Positions 21,313 through 29,974 of a DNA stretch of 64,000 bases are shown here, one piece after another. Under the pieces are notes generated by a model. That model saw only the letters and a list, made by a program, of their open reading frames with translations, did no database searches and was not told where the DNA came from. The stretch lies in contig OZ244717.1 of assembly GCA_965218975.1 (NCBI GenBank), forward strand, positions 608,001-672,000. The letters are read 5' to 3'. Every line of letters begins with the position of its first letter. Positions within the stretch are counted from its first letter, which is position 1. Origin of the DNA: Candidatus Oxydemutatoraceae bacterium. GTDB taxonomy: Bacteria > Pseudomonadota > Gammaproteobacteria > Poriferisulfidales > Oxydemutatoraceae. A program made the translations under genes and the position numbers.

Positions 21313-21496
21313 ATAGGAGTAAAGTATATAATTCCCATTTAAATCAACCCGATTTTTAAGGTCTTTATAGCCGCGTTCTTTACTAAAAATTGCGGCAAAC
21401 ATCAATTTCCCCATTGGCCAATCTCAAATCTCAAGAGTATCATACTTACTTTCATTTTCTTCAGTTACAACCCTGCCAAAATGAGGGCATCATATT

Positions 21497-22246
21497 TCAG
21501 CCGAGCACATCGGGAAACTTTTGCAGTATTTCCTTATGCAGGGACTCAATTGCATCTGAAGTACGTTTCTCCTCAGTGAAAAGCGGCAAGTCGGCAACGA
21601 GCGTTGCCGGCCGTTGCGCCACAATCAACAAGCGATTGCCAAGGAGTAAGGCTTCGCGCAGATTATGTGTGACAAATAACACTTTGCGCGGTGCAATTTC
21701 CAGTTGCGATTGCAACAGTTTGCGCAATTGCATTGCGGTGAGCTCGTCAATGGATGAGAAAGGCTCGTCCATCAACAGCAAAGGGGCATTCACGGCGAAT
21801 GCACGCGCTAAAGCAACGCGACGACACATCCCTAGAGACAGGGTTGCGGGATACTGATCAACCGCGTGTTGCAGCTTCATTCTTTCAAGCAGCCAGTCGA
21901 CGTTATCTTGTTGCTGCGGGTTTTGTAATACCAGAGTGATATTTTCTCTGACCGTGCGCCACGGCAATAAACGGGATTCCTGAAATACATAGGATAGCGG
22001 CAGACTGTCTTTATCGAACGGCGGCAAAGTGATGTTGCCGCAATAGTCACGATCAAGATTGGCAACGAGGTTAAGCAGAGTTGTTTTGCCGCAGCCTGAC
22101 GGGCCTGTGATCATCACCACTTCGGTATTGCGAACCTGAAATTCTATATCACGCAGGATGGTCGTCTGTTCACCGTTGTAGCCAATAAATTTCTTATGCT
22201 TGATATTGACACGTAGAGGCGAGAAATGAATGTCTAAATCCGCCAT
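21497..22246 (-). CDS. ABC transporter ATP-binding protein (NitT/TauT type)
   Basis: GPSGCGKT, LSLGM, LLMDEPF, FVTH. Confidence 0.95.
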   Translation of the reverse strand: MADLDIHFSPLRVNIKHKKFIGYNGEQTTILRDIEFQVRNTEVVMITGPSGCGKTTLLNLVANLDRDYCGNITLPPFDKDSLPLSYVFQESRLLPWRTVRENITLVLQNPQQQDNVDWLLERMKLQHAVDQYPATLSLGMCRRVALARAFAVNAPLLLMDEPFSSIDELTAMQLRKLLQSQLEIAPRKVLFVTHNLREALLLGNRLLIVAQRPATLVADLPLFTEEKRTSDAIESLHKEILQKFPDVLG

Positions 22247-23010
22247 CTATTAACATGCCTCTCGAAAGGCTGAATGAATAACAATTCAACAACCTGCATA
22301 ATAATAATGAATGTCAATCCCCATGCCATGATCGCGGCAATATCGAATAGCTGAAAATATAGGTACAGCTGGAACCCGACACCGTCGCTGCGCCCCAATA
22401 GTTCGACCACTAGTACGATCTTCCAGATCAGCGCAATGCCGGAACGGGTTGCGACAGCGATATACGGTGCTAGCTCAGGCAATATGAGGTGACGCAACTT
22501 TTTCTGCCACCCAAAGCGAAAGATCGTTGCCATTTGTTGTAAATTAGAGTCCATCGCCCTGACCCCCTCACGTATAGTAACCACGACATTCGGTATCTTA
22601 TTGACCGCGACCGCGGTGACTGCCGCAACCTCGGTCAGTCCCATCCAGATATAAGCTAGGATGATAACGATCAAGGCCGGTAAATTCAGGAAAAATAGCA
22701 ACCAGGGATCCAATATGTTATTGGTCTTTTTGTTTCTCCCCATTAAAAAGCCGATGATGATACCGATCACCATCGACAGGATAAAACTTGCGATAACGCG
22801 CCATAAGGTAATCCCCGTATGCACAAACAACTCTCCGTTTTCCGCTTCACGGGCGATGATATTGAAAACAGTCAGCGGTGAGGGCAGTAGTTTTTCGCCT
22901 ACGAACAGCGCCCCGGTCCACCACAACAGAATAAGTACACCAAGCGATGCGATAGGTGTAATGCGCAGTCGCTTTCCTACGGGATTGCTTTCAAAGTATC
23001 TAATCCGCAT
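22234..23010 (-). CDS. ABC transporter permease (NitT/TauT type)
   Basis: LPSP, TM helices, WKIVLVVELLG. Confidence 0.93.
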   Translation of the reverse strand: MRIRYFESNPVGKRLRITPIASLGVLILLWWTGALFVGEKLLPSPLTVFNIIAREAENGELFVHTGITLWRVIASFILSMVIGIIIGFLMGRNKKTNNILDPWLLFFLNLPALIVIILAYIWMGLTEVAAVTAVAVNKIPNVVVTIREGVRAMDSNLQQMATIFRFGWQKKLRHLILPELAPYIAVATRSGIALIWKIVLVVELLGRSDGVGFQLYLYFQLFDIAAIMAWGLTFIIIMQVVELLFIQPFERHVNRWRI

Positions 23011-23107
23011 CTCTCATACAGGATTGCTCGTTTATCTCCACACTGATTGGGCAGTATTGATCCGGCATATCTCAGGCGTCGCCTACCTTTGGGCATTTAT
23101 TATGTAA

Positions 23108-24073
23108 CTAGAAACGGACCCCGTCCCAGAAAGTTCCGTCGGCAAGATTTTTGTGCATTCCGACCATGGTTTTGCCGGCAAGAGACGCGAGCACATTGAA
23201 CAACTGTGTTGCCCCGATGCGTTCTGAATCGCCCCAGCGTTGCGGGACACCGGCGCGATAGCGGTTGCGTAACGTGCGGAAGCCAGCTTCGTCCTTGGCC
23301 TGCATTAACGGGCGCAGCCTTTCCCATTCGGCATCGCTGGTGAGCAATATCTGTCGCGCTTTACGCACTGCCGCATTGAATTTTTCGATGGCGCCGTTAC
23401 GTGCCCATGTCGTCCTGAAAATATAACCGACCATCGGCAATGTTGTATTCTGTGTGAATTCTTTGACTATATCCTGCATTTCTACCAGCCTGCGGTAGCC
23501 TTGCGCTTCAAGACGCGCGCAATAATGCCAGAAGTTAAGCACGGCATCCAGATTGCCGTGTTCAATCTGACCGTTTAATAGCGGAGGCGCTGCATATTGT
23601 GTATCAAACATACTTAACGGATCAAAGTTGTAATGTTTTTGTGCCCAAGCGCGCAACAGTAGCCATGATTTGTCATAAGCTCCGCCCGCAATGCCAACAC
23701 GCTGCCCGCGCAAATCCGCGAGCTGTTGCGCTTTGGACCCGGGAGGCACCATTATTGCGCCGAGTGCACCGGAGTAAGGAATAAAACTGAAATCTTCTCC
23801 ATTATGGCGTTCGCGCGATACCCACAACCAATCACCGACAATGAGGTCCGCTTGCTTGCTCTGGAAGGCTATTTTTGTCGCTTGACTGTTTGAAAATGGA
23901 ATTATTTCAAGCGCGATACCCTGCGCGCGGTCCAGCTTATGATGGCGAACTACATCCAGCTCCCAGTTGACGGTGCCGAATTTTAATGTTCCGGCCCGTA
24001 TCAATTCAATCGCCTGTACCGAACCGACGAGTAGACCAAGCAGTATGAACAATCCTGTTTTTATCAATGTCAT
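23108..24073 (-). CDS. ABC transporter substrate-binding protein
   Basis: Signal peptide, GTVNWELD, DWLWVSRER, DKSWLLL; upstream of permease/ATPase. Confidence 0.9.
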   Translation of the reverse strand: MTLIKTGLFILLGLLVGSVQAIELIRAGTLKFGTVNWELDVVRHHKLDRAQGIALEIIPFSNSQATKIAFQSKQADLIVGDWLWVSRERHNGEDFSFIPYSGALGAIMVPPGSKAQQLADLRGQRVGIAGGAYDKSWLLLRAWAQKHYNFDPLSMFDTQYAAPPLLNGQIEHGNLDAVLNFWHYCARLEAQGYRRLVEMQDIVKEFTQNTTLPMVGYIFRTTWARNGAIEKFNAAVRKARQILLTSDAEWERLRPLMQAKDEAGFRTLRNRYRAGVPQRWGDSERIGATQLFNVLASLAGKTMVGMHKNLADGTFWDGVRF

Positions 24074-24119
24074 TGCAATACCGATTAGTTAAAAAGCAGG
24101 ACTTTGCAAATCTGCTATT

Positions 24120-24482
24120 TCAGTGGCGGAAACCATACTCAAGAACAAAGAACTGAGGTTTCAAATGGGCGAGCGGCTGCCGAAGTTTTTCCAGCTCTTC
24201 TTTCACGCCATGGATTTCCAAACGGCTGAGATCGGAGATTTTGAGGATTTCATCAAGCAGCGAAGCAATGTTTTCAAGATGCGCCAATACACCTGAAGCA
24301 TCCGCATAGCCTTCCCGACAATACGCCAGCTCGCCGTTAAAGCTGAAACCATAATAAAGACATTTTGGTTCGTCGTTGGTTTTTGCCACGAGCTTTTGGC
24401 ATAACTGCTTAAAATTTTCCATCTCGCCGGGCGCAATTTTGAAGTAGGGTACGAGCGTACAACATTTGTCTTGAGTTGCCAC
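24120..24482 (-). CDS. ABM-domain (putative quinol monooxygenase-like) protein
   Basis: EPKCLYYGF, CREGYADASGVLAHL; SD upstream of GTG. Confidence 0.7.
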   Translation of the reverse strand: MATQDKCCTLVPYFKIAPGEMENFKQLCQKLVAKTNDEPKCLYYGFSFNGELAYCREGYADASGVLAHLENIASLLDEILKISDLSRLEIHGVKEELEKLRQPLAHLKPQFFVLEYGFRH

Positions 24483-24731
24483 AATATTCTCCTTTAGTCT
24501 AGACTAAACTATACCGCATAAACGCACTCTATGCACATTGGTTTTAGCGACGCAATGGGGCAATCCCTCAAGTGCCCTTACGGGTTCGGGGGGATTCGAA
24601 ATTCGTGTGTGCCGTAATGATCTATGAAAATATGTTGGAATTTGAGGATTTTTCTGGTAGGTTAAATACCTAATTTCCTAATGTCGGATGTATGCTGAAT
24701 ATTGGGAGATGGTTTTCAGATTGATGTATAG

Positions 24732-25373
24732 ATGTGTAGAGCAAACGCAATTATTTTTATCGTAGCGCTTATGGTGTGCATGAACGGGCCCGCCCAAGCG
24801 CAGTATCCGGGGGCTGCGCCCGAGTGGTGGCCCTGTGCCCAACGTTATGTGCCCGAGCTTTCTGCCGGTGTGTTTTGGACCGGAGCATTGCCCAAAGACG
24901 GTGCATGGCAGAGCTATCAAAACATTGTAGAATTAGCCGCTGTAGTAACCGATCGCAATTTACCGCTCGCGCAAGCAGTGGCAATGCTCAAAGAATTTTT
25001 CGGCGAACGGAACGGCGCTAAACCCGAGGCGGCGCAACTGCTTGCCGGCGCAATGACCGAAGCCGCCAATATGCGACGTGACCGAGTGATGGCAGGGATT
25101 CGGCGTTTCGGCGAACGACAGCAGATGATGGTCATGCGCATAGAAAAGCAGGCTAATAAAATTGGCGATATTGAACAAGGCAAGGAACCGGCGGCGACGC
25201 TTAACGATCTGCGAGCACGCCAAAAGTGGGATATTCGGGTGTTTGAGGAGCGTGAAAAGCTGACTGCTGCTTTATGCGAGCAGCCTGTGCTTTTAGAGCA
25301 GCGGCTTTTTAGCTTGGGCAGGAATCTCGCAACGTATTCGGAAAACGCGGTTCAATCTTCTCCTTCCGAGTAA
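24732..25373 (+). CDS. Exported hypothetical protein
   Basis: Signal peptide; WPCAQRYVPELS, W..R.F..R...LCEQPVLLEQRLF, recalled from PQQ-dehydrogenase loci. Confidence 0.65.
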   Translation: MCRANAIIFIVALMVCMNGPAQAQYPGAAPEWWPCAQRYVPELSAGVFWTGALPKDGAWQSYQNIVELAAVVTDRNLPLAQAVAMLKEFFGERNGAKPEAAQLLAGAMTEAANMRRDRVMAGIRRFGERQQMMVMRIEKQANKIGDIEQGKEPAATLNDLRARQKWDIRVFEEREKLTAALCEQPVLLEQRLFSLGRNLATYSENAVQSSPSE

Positions 25374-25401
25374 GATTCGGGGAATGAAGTTTGGGGCCTT
25401 G

Positions 25402-25839
25402 TTAGCAACGTATGCTGTCAAAATTGACCAACGGCAGATTAAACATTGGGGTTTTGACCCGCACATGGTTTTCATACAGCCATTGAAATTGGATTTTATG
25501 CGCTTCTATCTCGCGCGCTTTCCAGGTTGAACAGGCGTTCCCAAGTTGCGGCAAACGTATCTGTTCCTGCACGTAATGGACAATTTCATGCAGCAAAATA
25601 CTACGCGCGTGCATATCGGACCGGATATCCCGGTCGTCTCTTAGATAAATGACTTTGTCTTGATACGAGAACCATGCCTCAACATCGCATTGAGGGATAT
25701 CACAGGCTTTTGCCGCGATATTTTCTTGTGTGGTGAAACGGACTTCGGGAGGCGGAAAAGGGACTTCAATTAGGTGCATTGCTTGTTGAGTGTACAGTAA
25801 CAGCGCAGATATGATTCCGGTTATGGCTGCTGTTTCCAT
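25402..25839 (-). CDS. Hypothetical HExxH protein
   Basis: SILLHEIVHYVQ, REIEA. Confidence 0.65.
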   Translation of the reverse strand: METAAITGIISALLLYTQQAMHLIEVPFPPPEVRFTTQENIAAKACDIPQCDVEAWFSYQDKVIYLRDDRDIRSDMHARSILLHEIVHYVQEQIRLPQLGNACSTWKAREIEAHKIQFQWLYENHVRVKTPMFNLPLVNFDSIRC

Positions 25840-25885
25840 GTACGGGCTATCCGGGCTTATCGCGCAAAATTACGTGTCGATATAT

Positions 25886-26704
25886 TCAGCTTTGTGTCAA
25901 AGGCCACTGCGACGCGAATATTTTCTTGCGCGAGTCAACGACTTGAACCGATAGCGCTTGAGTTTTATCGGTCGGCATATATGCGAAGTCAAAACTGGGA
26001 TTTTCGCTGAACGAAATATCTCCCTTGACCGCAAAGATTACATCACCGACCTCGTTCTTAACCTCAACGGTTTCTATATAGTGCGGAGGAATAAAGTAAG
26101 TTGTGATCTGATCCTTTTGCAGACCCGAATAATTCGGATGCATGATTGAGAGGTGGAAACTGTAAGCGTTGCCAGGTGCAACAGGTTTCTCCTGCGTTAA
26201 GCTGGTTTTGCCCATCATCAGTTTGGCCATGGCATCATCACCCATAGGCGGCGCCGAACATCCGCCTGAAGCCTTAACAAAAACGGTGCTCATATACAGT
26301 TCGCCTTTGTTGGTTTGCGCGATAGCGCGCACGGTGCTGTACTCGTTGACTCGAATGCGCGTGCCGATGCTTGCCGACGTTTGCGGCGATAAGCTAAAAT
26401 GGGCTGCTATAGGCGAAGGGTTTTTATCGACAACTAGATAGTGGTCGGTAATAAACTCTGTGCCGTTTTGCGGGTAAGAGGAAAGAATCTTGACGGTGAC
26501 GTCACCGCCGTTGGCCGGACGGGCGGGCACATCCAAACTAATCACTCCGGCGCCGTCTCGGACCGGCCGGTCCTTAAACAGGTAATGCCGGATGTCTTTC
26601 CAGGCGCGCTCATCTTTTTGTTCTACGGACCAGACCGTTCCGATCGCCAGTGTTGTGCCTGCCGCCACAGTTGAGATTAGAAATTTACGTCGAGCTAATT
26701 CCAT
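25886..26704 (-). CDS. Quinoprotein dehydrogenase-associated SoxYZ-like carrier
   Basis: Tat signal RRKFL, DKNPSP, FVKASGGCSAP, fused SoxZ-like half HPNYSGLQKDQ. Confidence 0.88.
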   Translation of the reverse strand: MELARRKFLISTVAAGTTLAIGTVWSVEQKDERAWKDIRHYLFKDRPVRDGAGVISLDVPARPANGGDVTVKILSSYPQNGTEFITDHYLVVDKNPSPIAAHFSLSPQTSASIGTRIRVNEYSTVRAIAQTNKGELYMSTVFVKASGGCSAPPMGDDAMAKLMMGKTSLTQEKPVAPGNAYSFHLSIMHPNYSGLQKDQITTYFIPPHYIETVEVKNEVGDVIFAVKGDISFSENPSFDFAYMPTDKTQALSVQVVDSRKKIFASQWPLTQS

Positions 26705-26794
26705 GACAACCCCCTGTTTTTTTTTTAGCCTGTCGGGATTATATCATCGGATGGGCGTTACATAGTGAAATTGTTATGCACTAACTTAAGAGGG

Positions 26795-26846
26795 TGTAAG
26801 CGGACACGCGAAATGAGGGAAAGGGACACAACTTGAGGGGAAATTA
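26795..26846 (+). repeat. Prophage right (late) end with two tandem transposase-binding sites
   Basis: cggacacgcgaaatgaggga then gggacacaacttgagggg. Confidence 0.85.
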
Positions 26847-26889
26847 GTCCGGATGCAGGATTACCAGGGCTCTGATCGTTCAATTTACA

Positions 26890-27008
26890 ATAGAAACCTT
26901 TCTGCCTATGCGTTCCACGCAGACAGGTGATGCGATGACCGATGTGCTGATATTGCATGTCGGACACTTTTTTGAGTCGTGCCATAAGTCCTGTATGTAT
27001 CCGGACAC
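26890..27008 (+). repeat. Dispersed repeat, copy 3 (inside prophage boundary)
   Basis: Aligns with 19143-19232; carries an extra small hairpin tgcgt-tcc-acgca. Confidence 0.75.
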
Positions 27009-27023
27009 GCACAAGTTAATGCC

Positions 27024-27680
27024 CTAGGCAATACTTCCATTCAAATCATACAGTTCACACATTTGCGCTAAAAATTGCGTTTGTCCACCATAACTAGGAT
27101 GACGTACTTGAATAACTTTGTCTCGTTTATCTCGAGCGCATAAGCGGAGCGCTGTTTGCATTGCATCATTGCCTATTGCAATCAACCGACCCGGCTTCAA
27201 CAGCCGAATAAGTTGGGAGAGAAATTCCTCACCGGATCGTTGCTCGAAAGAATTATGAGGGCGGTTACTGAAAGGGCTGTGAGGCTCGTGAGGGTGTAGT
27301 GGAAAAACATTCCAAAGAAAGACAGATGCGTCAACTCGTGAAAGAACCTGCCAGATGACAGCCGCAGTTCGCTCAATAACCACTTTCCCCCTCGTTGGCC
27401 GATTTATAGATAAACCCCACCGCTGAGCGTGAGCATGAATATGAACATCATCTGTTAAGGCAAGCCCTGTTCTCCTGCCGCCACGATAGCCCAGATCGCG
27501 TCCAATCCAGAGAGAATCAATTTCCTGTTCTGTTGCTACCTCAAGCATGGATTGCAACATCTGTGCTCTACTACGCGGTGCGTCATCCAAGTCGTGAACA
27601 GCACAACGGTTTGAATAAGGATTAAACGTATTTTCAAAATTCAACCCACACAATTCTCCCACATATTGGGCCGGCCTCAT
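27024..27680 (-). CDS. Uracil-DNA glycosylase superfamily protein
   Basis: FNPY, GRDLGYRGGRRTG, LWNVFPLHP, SNR, IAIGN, VRHPSYGG. Confidence 0.8.
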   Translation of the reverse strand: MRPAQYVGELCGLNFENTFNPYSNRCAVHDLDDAPRSRAQMLQSMLEVATEQEIDSLWIGRDLGYRGGRRTGLALTDDVHIHAHAQRWGLSINRPTRGKVVIERTAAVIWQVLSRVDASVFLWNVFPLHPHEPHSPFSNRPHNSFEQRSGEEFLSQLIRLLKPGRLIAIGNDAMQTALRLCARDKRDKVIQVRHPSYGGQTQFLAQMCELYDLNGSIA

Positions 27681-27697
27681 GTCTTACCCTTTCTCAT

Positions 27698-28453
27698 CTA
27701 TTGACTTGTACTTAATAGTACGGGTTCCTCTCTGTTTGTTTTTGGCCCTGCCGGAATTTCATCGTATGTGCGATTATTAAGTATTCGACCATTTCGGTGC
27801 TTTTGAACGCCACCCCATTGTTTGAAAAAGAACGATGCGCCAAACGTTCTGCACTGATCCTTGATTGACAGAACCCAATCTTCTTTCATTGGTCTTGCGC
27901 CGGGCCCGGACTCTCCGCCGACAATAACCCAGTGAATACCTCTTAACGGCAGATCATCGACAGGACCAATCAGTGGTTCACAAGAGAGAAAACGTGTATG
28001 AGAAGGAACTTCCCGCAAATCATGGATACGCTGATAAACCCGATCGTCTTCTACACTAACACCCATCCAGATATTTGGTGTCCACTTGAGCTTGTTCGCC
28101 AGGGATTTCAGGCGCCCGCTGCGTTTGGTGAGAATCTGGAAAATGTGTTGGGAACAATCGTTCATCGTTTTGAATGCTTGCTCGATAAATCCGGTTGGTA
28201 CGTTTTGGTGGAAAATATCGCTCATGGAGTTGACGAATATCATGCGGGGTGAGCGCCATTTGCGGGGCGCATCCAATAAATCTTCGTGCAACGTTAGTTT
28301 GAAACCGTTTCGGTAGCGCTTATTTCCCATCAATTTGAGGCGACGGGACATACGTTCCGCATAGCAGTGCTTGCAGCCGGCACTGACCTTCGTGCAGCCC
28401 GTGACGGGGTTCCAAGTCATTTCAGTCCATTCAATTTTGGAGCGGGATGTCAT
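27698..28453 (-). CDS. DUF5131 (phage Gp37/Gp68) radical-SAM-like protein
   Basis: SKIEWT, WNPVTGCTKVSAGCKHCYA (CX6CX2C), FVNSMSD, LSCEPL, WVIVGGESG, FFKQWGG. Confidence 0.93.
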   Translation of the reverse strand: MTSRSKIEWTEMTWNPVTGCTKVSAGCKHCYAERMSRRLKLMGNKRYRNGFKLTLHEDLLDAPRKWRSPRMIFVNSMSDIFHQNVPTGFIEQAFKTMNDCSQHIFQILTKRSGRLKSLANKLKWTPNIWMGVSVEDDRVYQRIHDLREVPSHTRFLSCEPLIGPVDDLPLRGIHWVIVGGESGPGARPMKEDWVLSIKDQCRTFGASFFFKQWGGVQKHRNGRILNNRTYDEIPAGPKTNREEPVLLSTSQ

Positions 28454-28458
28454 CTTAA

Positions 28459-28596
28459 TTATCTACTCGCGTTTAGAATATAGCCGGCACACTTCTTTGC
28501 CAAAGCGATTGCGTTTGGTGAATCATTTCCAACACAGAATATGAACTCATAGAGCGGCGACTTTCTCGAGTTTACCAATGTCTTTGATTTTTCCAT
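28459..28596 (-). pseudogene. 3' remnant (45 codons) resembling the C-terminus of three-Cys-motif partner protein TcmP
   Basis: MEKSKTLVNSRKSPLYEFIFCVGNDSPNAIALAKKCAGYILNASR, stop 5 nt before the DUF5131 ATG; frame runs into repeat at 28603. Confidence 0.55.
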
Positions 28597-28602
28597 TAAT
28601 CT

Positions 28603-28636
28603 TGAGGGAAAGGGGCACAACTTGAGGGAAAAATTA
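28603..28636 (+). repeat. Internal direct copy of the right-end transposase-binding sequence
   Basis: tgagggaaaggggcacaacttgagggaaaaatta vs tgagggaaagggacacaacttgaggggaaatta at 26814. Confidence 0.85.
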
Positions 28637-28650
28637 AAGCCGATTACCCA

Positions 28651-29352
28651 TTACAACGCAATGCCTGTCTCATATACGTGCACCTCTAGCGCAGTGCGAC
28701 GTCCAGGTACCTGCTGTGTTCCTAGGAGTGTTTCGGTCGCGAGAGTGATGAGTTCGCCGCCCAGGAAAGAATAATTATGTACTATTCGGTAAGAAAATGA
28801 ATCTTGCCCTACACTCGGGAGCACCTCCCATTGTGTCGTCCCCCTGTTATGGGTCTGCAAACGGTATAGGAACCATTGATGCAGCCTGTTTACGTCATTG
28901 ACTTCTGGGCGGCTGTCCGGCTCAAATTCGGCGAAAGCGCCAAAGAATAAAGACAATTTCCCCCTTTGGCCGGCAAGTGATCTTGGAACTTCGAGCACAA
29001 AATATTCGGTGTATTCCGTAGTGCCCGCGGATGACCTAGCACCATTAGGGGCGGGGGCTATTGTGGTACTGAACCCATAGCGCGGATTGGAAAACTGTAA
29101 TTCTCCATCCCAAATCATACTGGGGAGATCGGGGTCATACTCGCCTACTGAAATCTCTGATGCAGTGTGGATAGCGGCGAGAGCCAAATAGGTTGTTTTG
29201 GCGGCATCGGAACTGACGATGTTTTCTAGCGCGTTGACTCGCCGCGTAAGCTCCTCCACCCGCTCATCTTGAGTGAACACCGACACTGACCGCGCGATAC
29301 TCAAGCTGATAGGCTTCTGAGGTGTAATTTTAAGCGAGATAGATTGCGTCAT
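28651..29352 (-). CDS. Hypothetical phage protein, last gene of tail operon
   Basis: 233-aa ORF coupled to upstream gene; short coiled coil then beta-rich domain. Confidence 0.6.
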   Translation of the reverse strand: MTQSISLKITPQKPISLSIARSVSVFTQDERVEELTRRVNALENIVSSDAAKTTYLALAAIHTASEISVGEYDPDLPSMIWDGELQFSNPRYGFSTTIAPAPNGARSSAGTTEYTEYFVLEVPRSLAGQRGKLSLFFGAFAEFEPDSRPEVNDVNRLHQWFLYRLQTHNRGTTQWEVLPSVGQDSFSYRIVHNYSFLGGELITLATETLLGTQQVPGRRTALEVHVYETGIAL

Positions 29353-29355
29353 GAT

Positions 29356-29733
29356 CTACTGAGTAATATCTCCAACCACCTCAAACACCAACGGCGGTTC
29401 ATCTGCTCCGGGCACTGTATACGGTCCGTCGTCGGCGATTCTAACTTCTATATCCGCCAAGAATCGACCCGCTGGCCACTGGCGCGTCTCCTCCGCGGCG
29501 GCGGCAATGATCAGGTTGTTGCCAGCGGCGTCAAGCTCCGACAACCGTGTGATTATGCCATCTGCCGAGAAGTCAAAAATCAAGTCTTTGTTGACCCCCT
29601 TACGCACCTGCATCCGAATCTCGTATGTTTCGTCCAGCACTGCGACCTCGCCACTCAACCCTGACAGTTTAACACGTAGCTCGAACTTGTCGCCCCGCTT
29701 GACGCGGATCACCGGATTACTCATCTTGCTCAT
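29356..29733 (-). CDS. Phage tail accessory protein (BppU-like beta domain)
   Basis: IRVKRGDKF..MQVR..T.QWP.G...DIEV..V.GDIT pattern; position. Confidence 0.55.
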   Translation of the reverse strand: MSKMSNPVIRVKRGDKFELRVKLSGLSGEVAVLDETYEIRMQVRKGVNKDLIFDFSADGIITRLSELDAAGNNLIIAAAAEETRQWPAGRFLADIEVRIADDGPYTVPGADEPPLVFEVVGDITQ

Positions 29734-29974
29734 CCGTTGGCTCCGCGAACTCAAAACTGCCGTCGGCATACTCATGCAGATAATAGCCTCGCCGTGCTAG
29801 TTCTCCCTCCGCCCACGGAAAAGGCGCAGGCAATCGCGCAATCGCCTGAATAACATCTTCTTTGCGCAGATTCACCAACCGTGCGGCGCCAACTTGCTCT
29901 GCTGTCAAAATAGGCTTCTTGGCTTGGTCGCGGCAAATCGCGCCGTCAGCGTGGAGATAAAGGTAAATTTTCAT
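29717..29974 (-). CDS. Hypothetical phage protein
   Basis: 85-aa ORF with overlapping start/stop in the tail operon. Confidence 0.5.
   Translation of the reverse strand: MKIYLYLHADGAICRDQAKKPILTAEQVGAARLVNLRKEDVIQAIARLPAPFPWAEGELARRGYYLHEYADGSFEFAEPTDEQDE

Larger units (their letters stand above)
19269..21336 (+). mobile_element. IS1595-family element with two passenger genes; left end not recognisable
   Basis: Transposase plus two coupled ORFs ending at ggagtaaagtatataattccc (21316-21336), whose reverse complement GGGAATTAT fits the ISNwi1-subgroup end; lower GC than flanks. Confidence 0.7.

Noticed and set aside
24545-24610. Riboswitch in the divergent gap before 24732
   Set aside because: Only one short stem (ggggca/tgccct); no recognisable aptamer core.
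25886-26704. Sox sulfur-oxidation pathway
   Set aside because: Fused YZ with GGC internal rather than C-terminal, and no other sox genes nearby.
28603-28640. True prophage right end
   Set aside because: Lacks the terminal TG-N4-CGGACA sequence and the GAGGG duplication, both present at 26790-26806.
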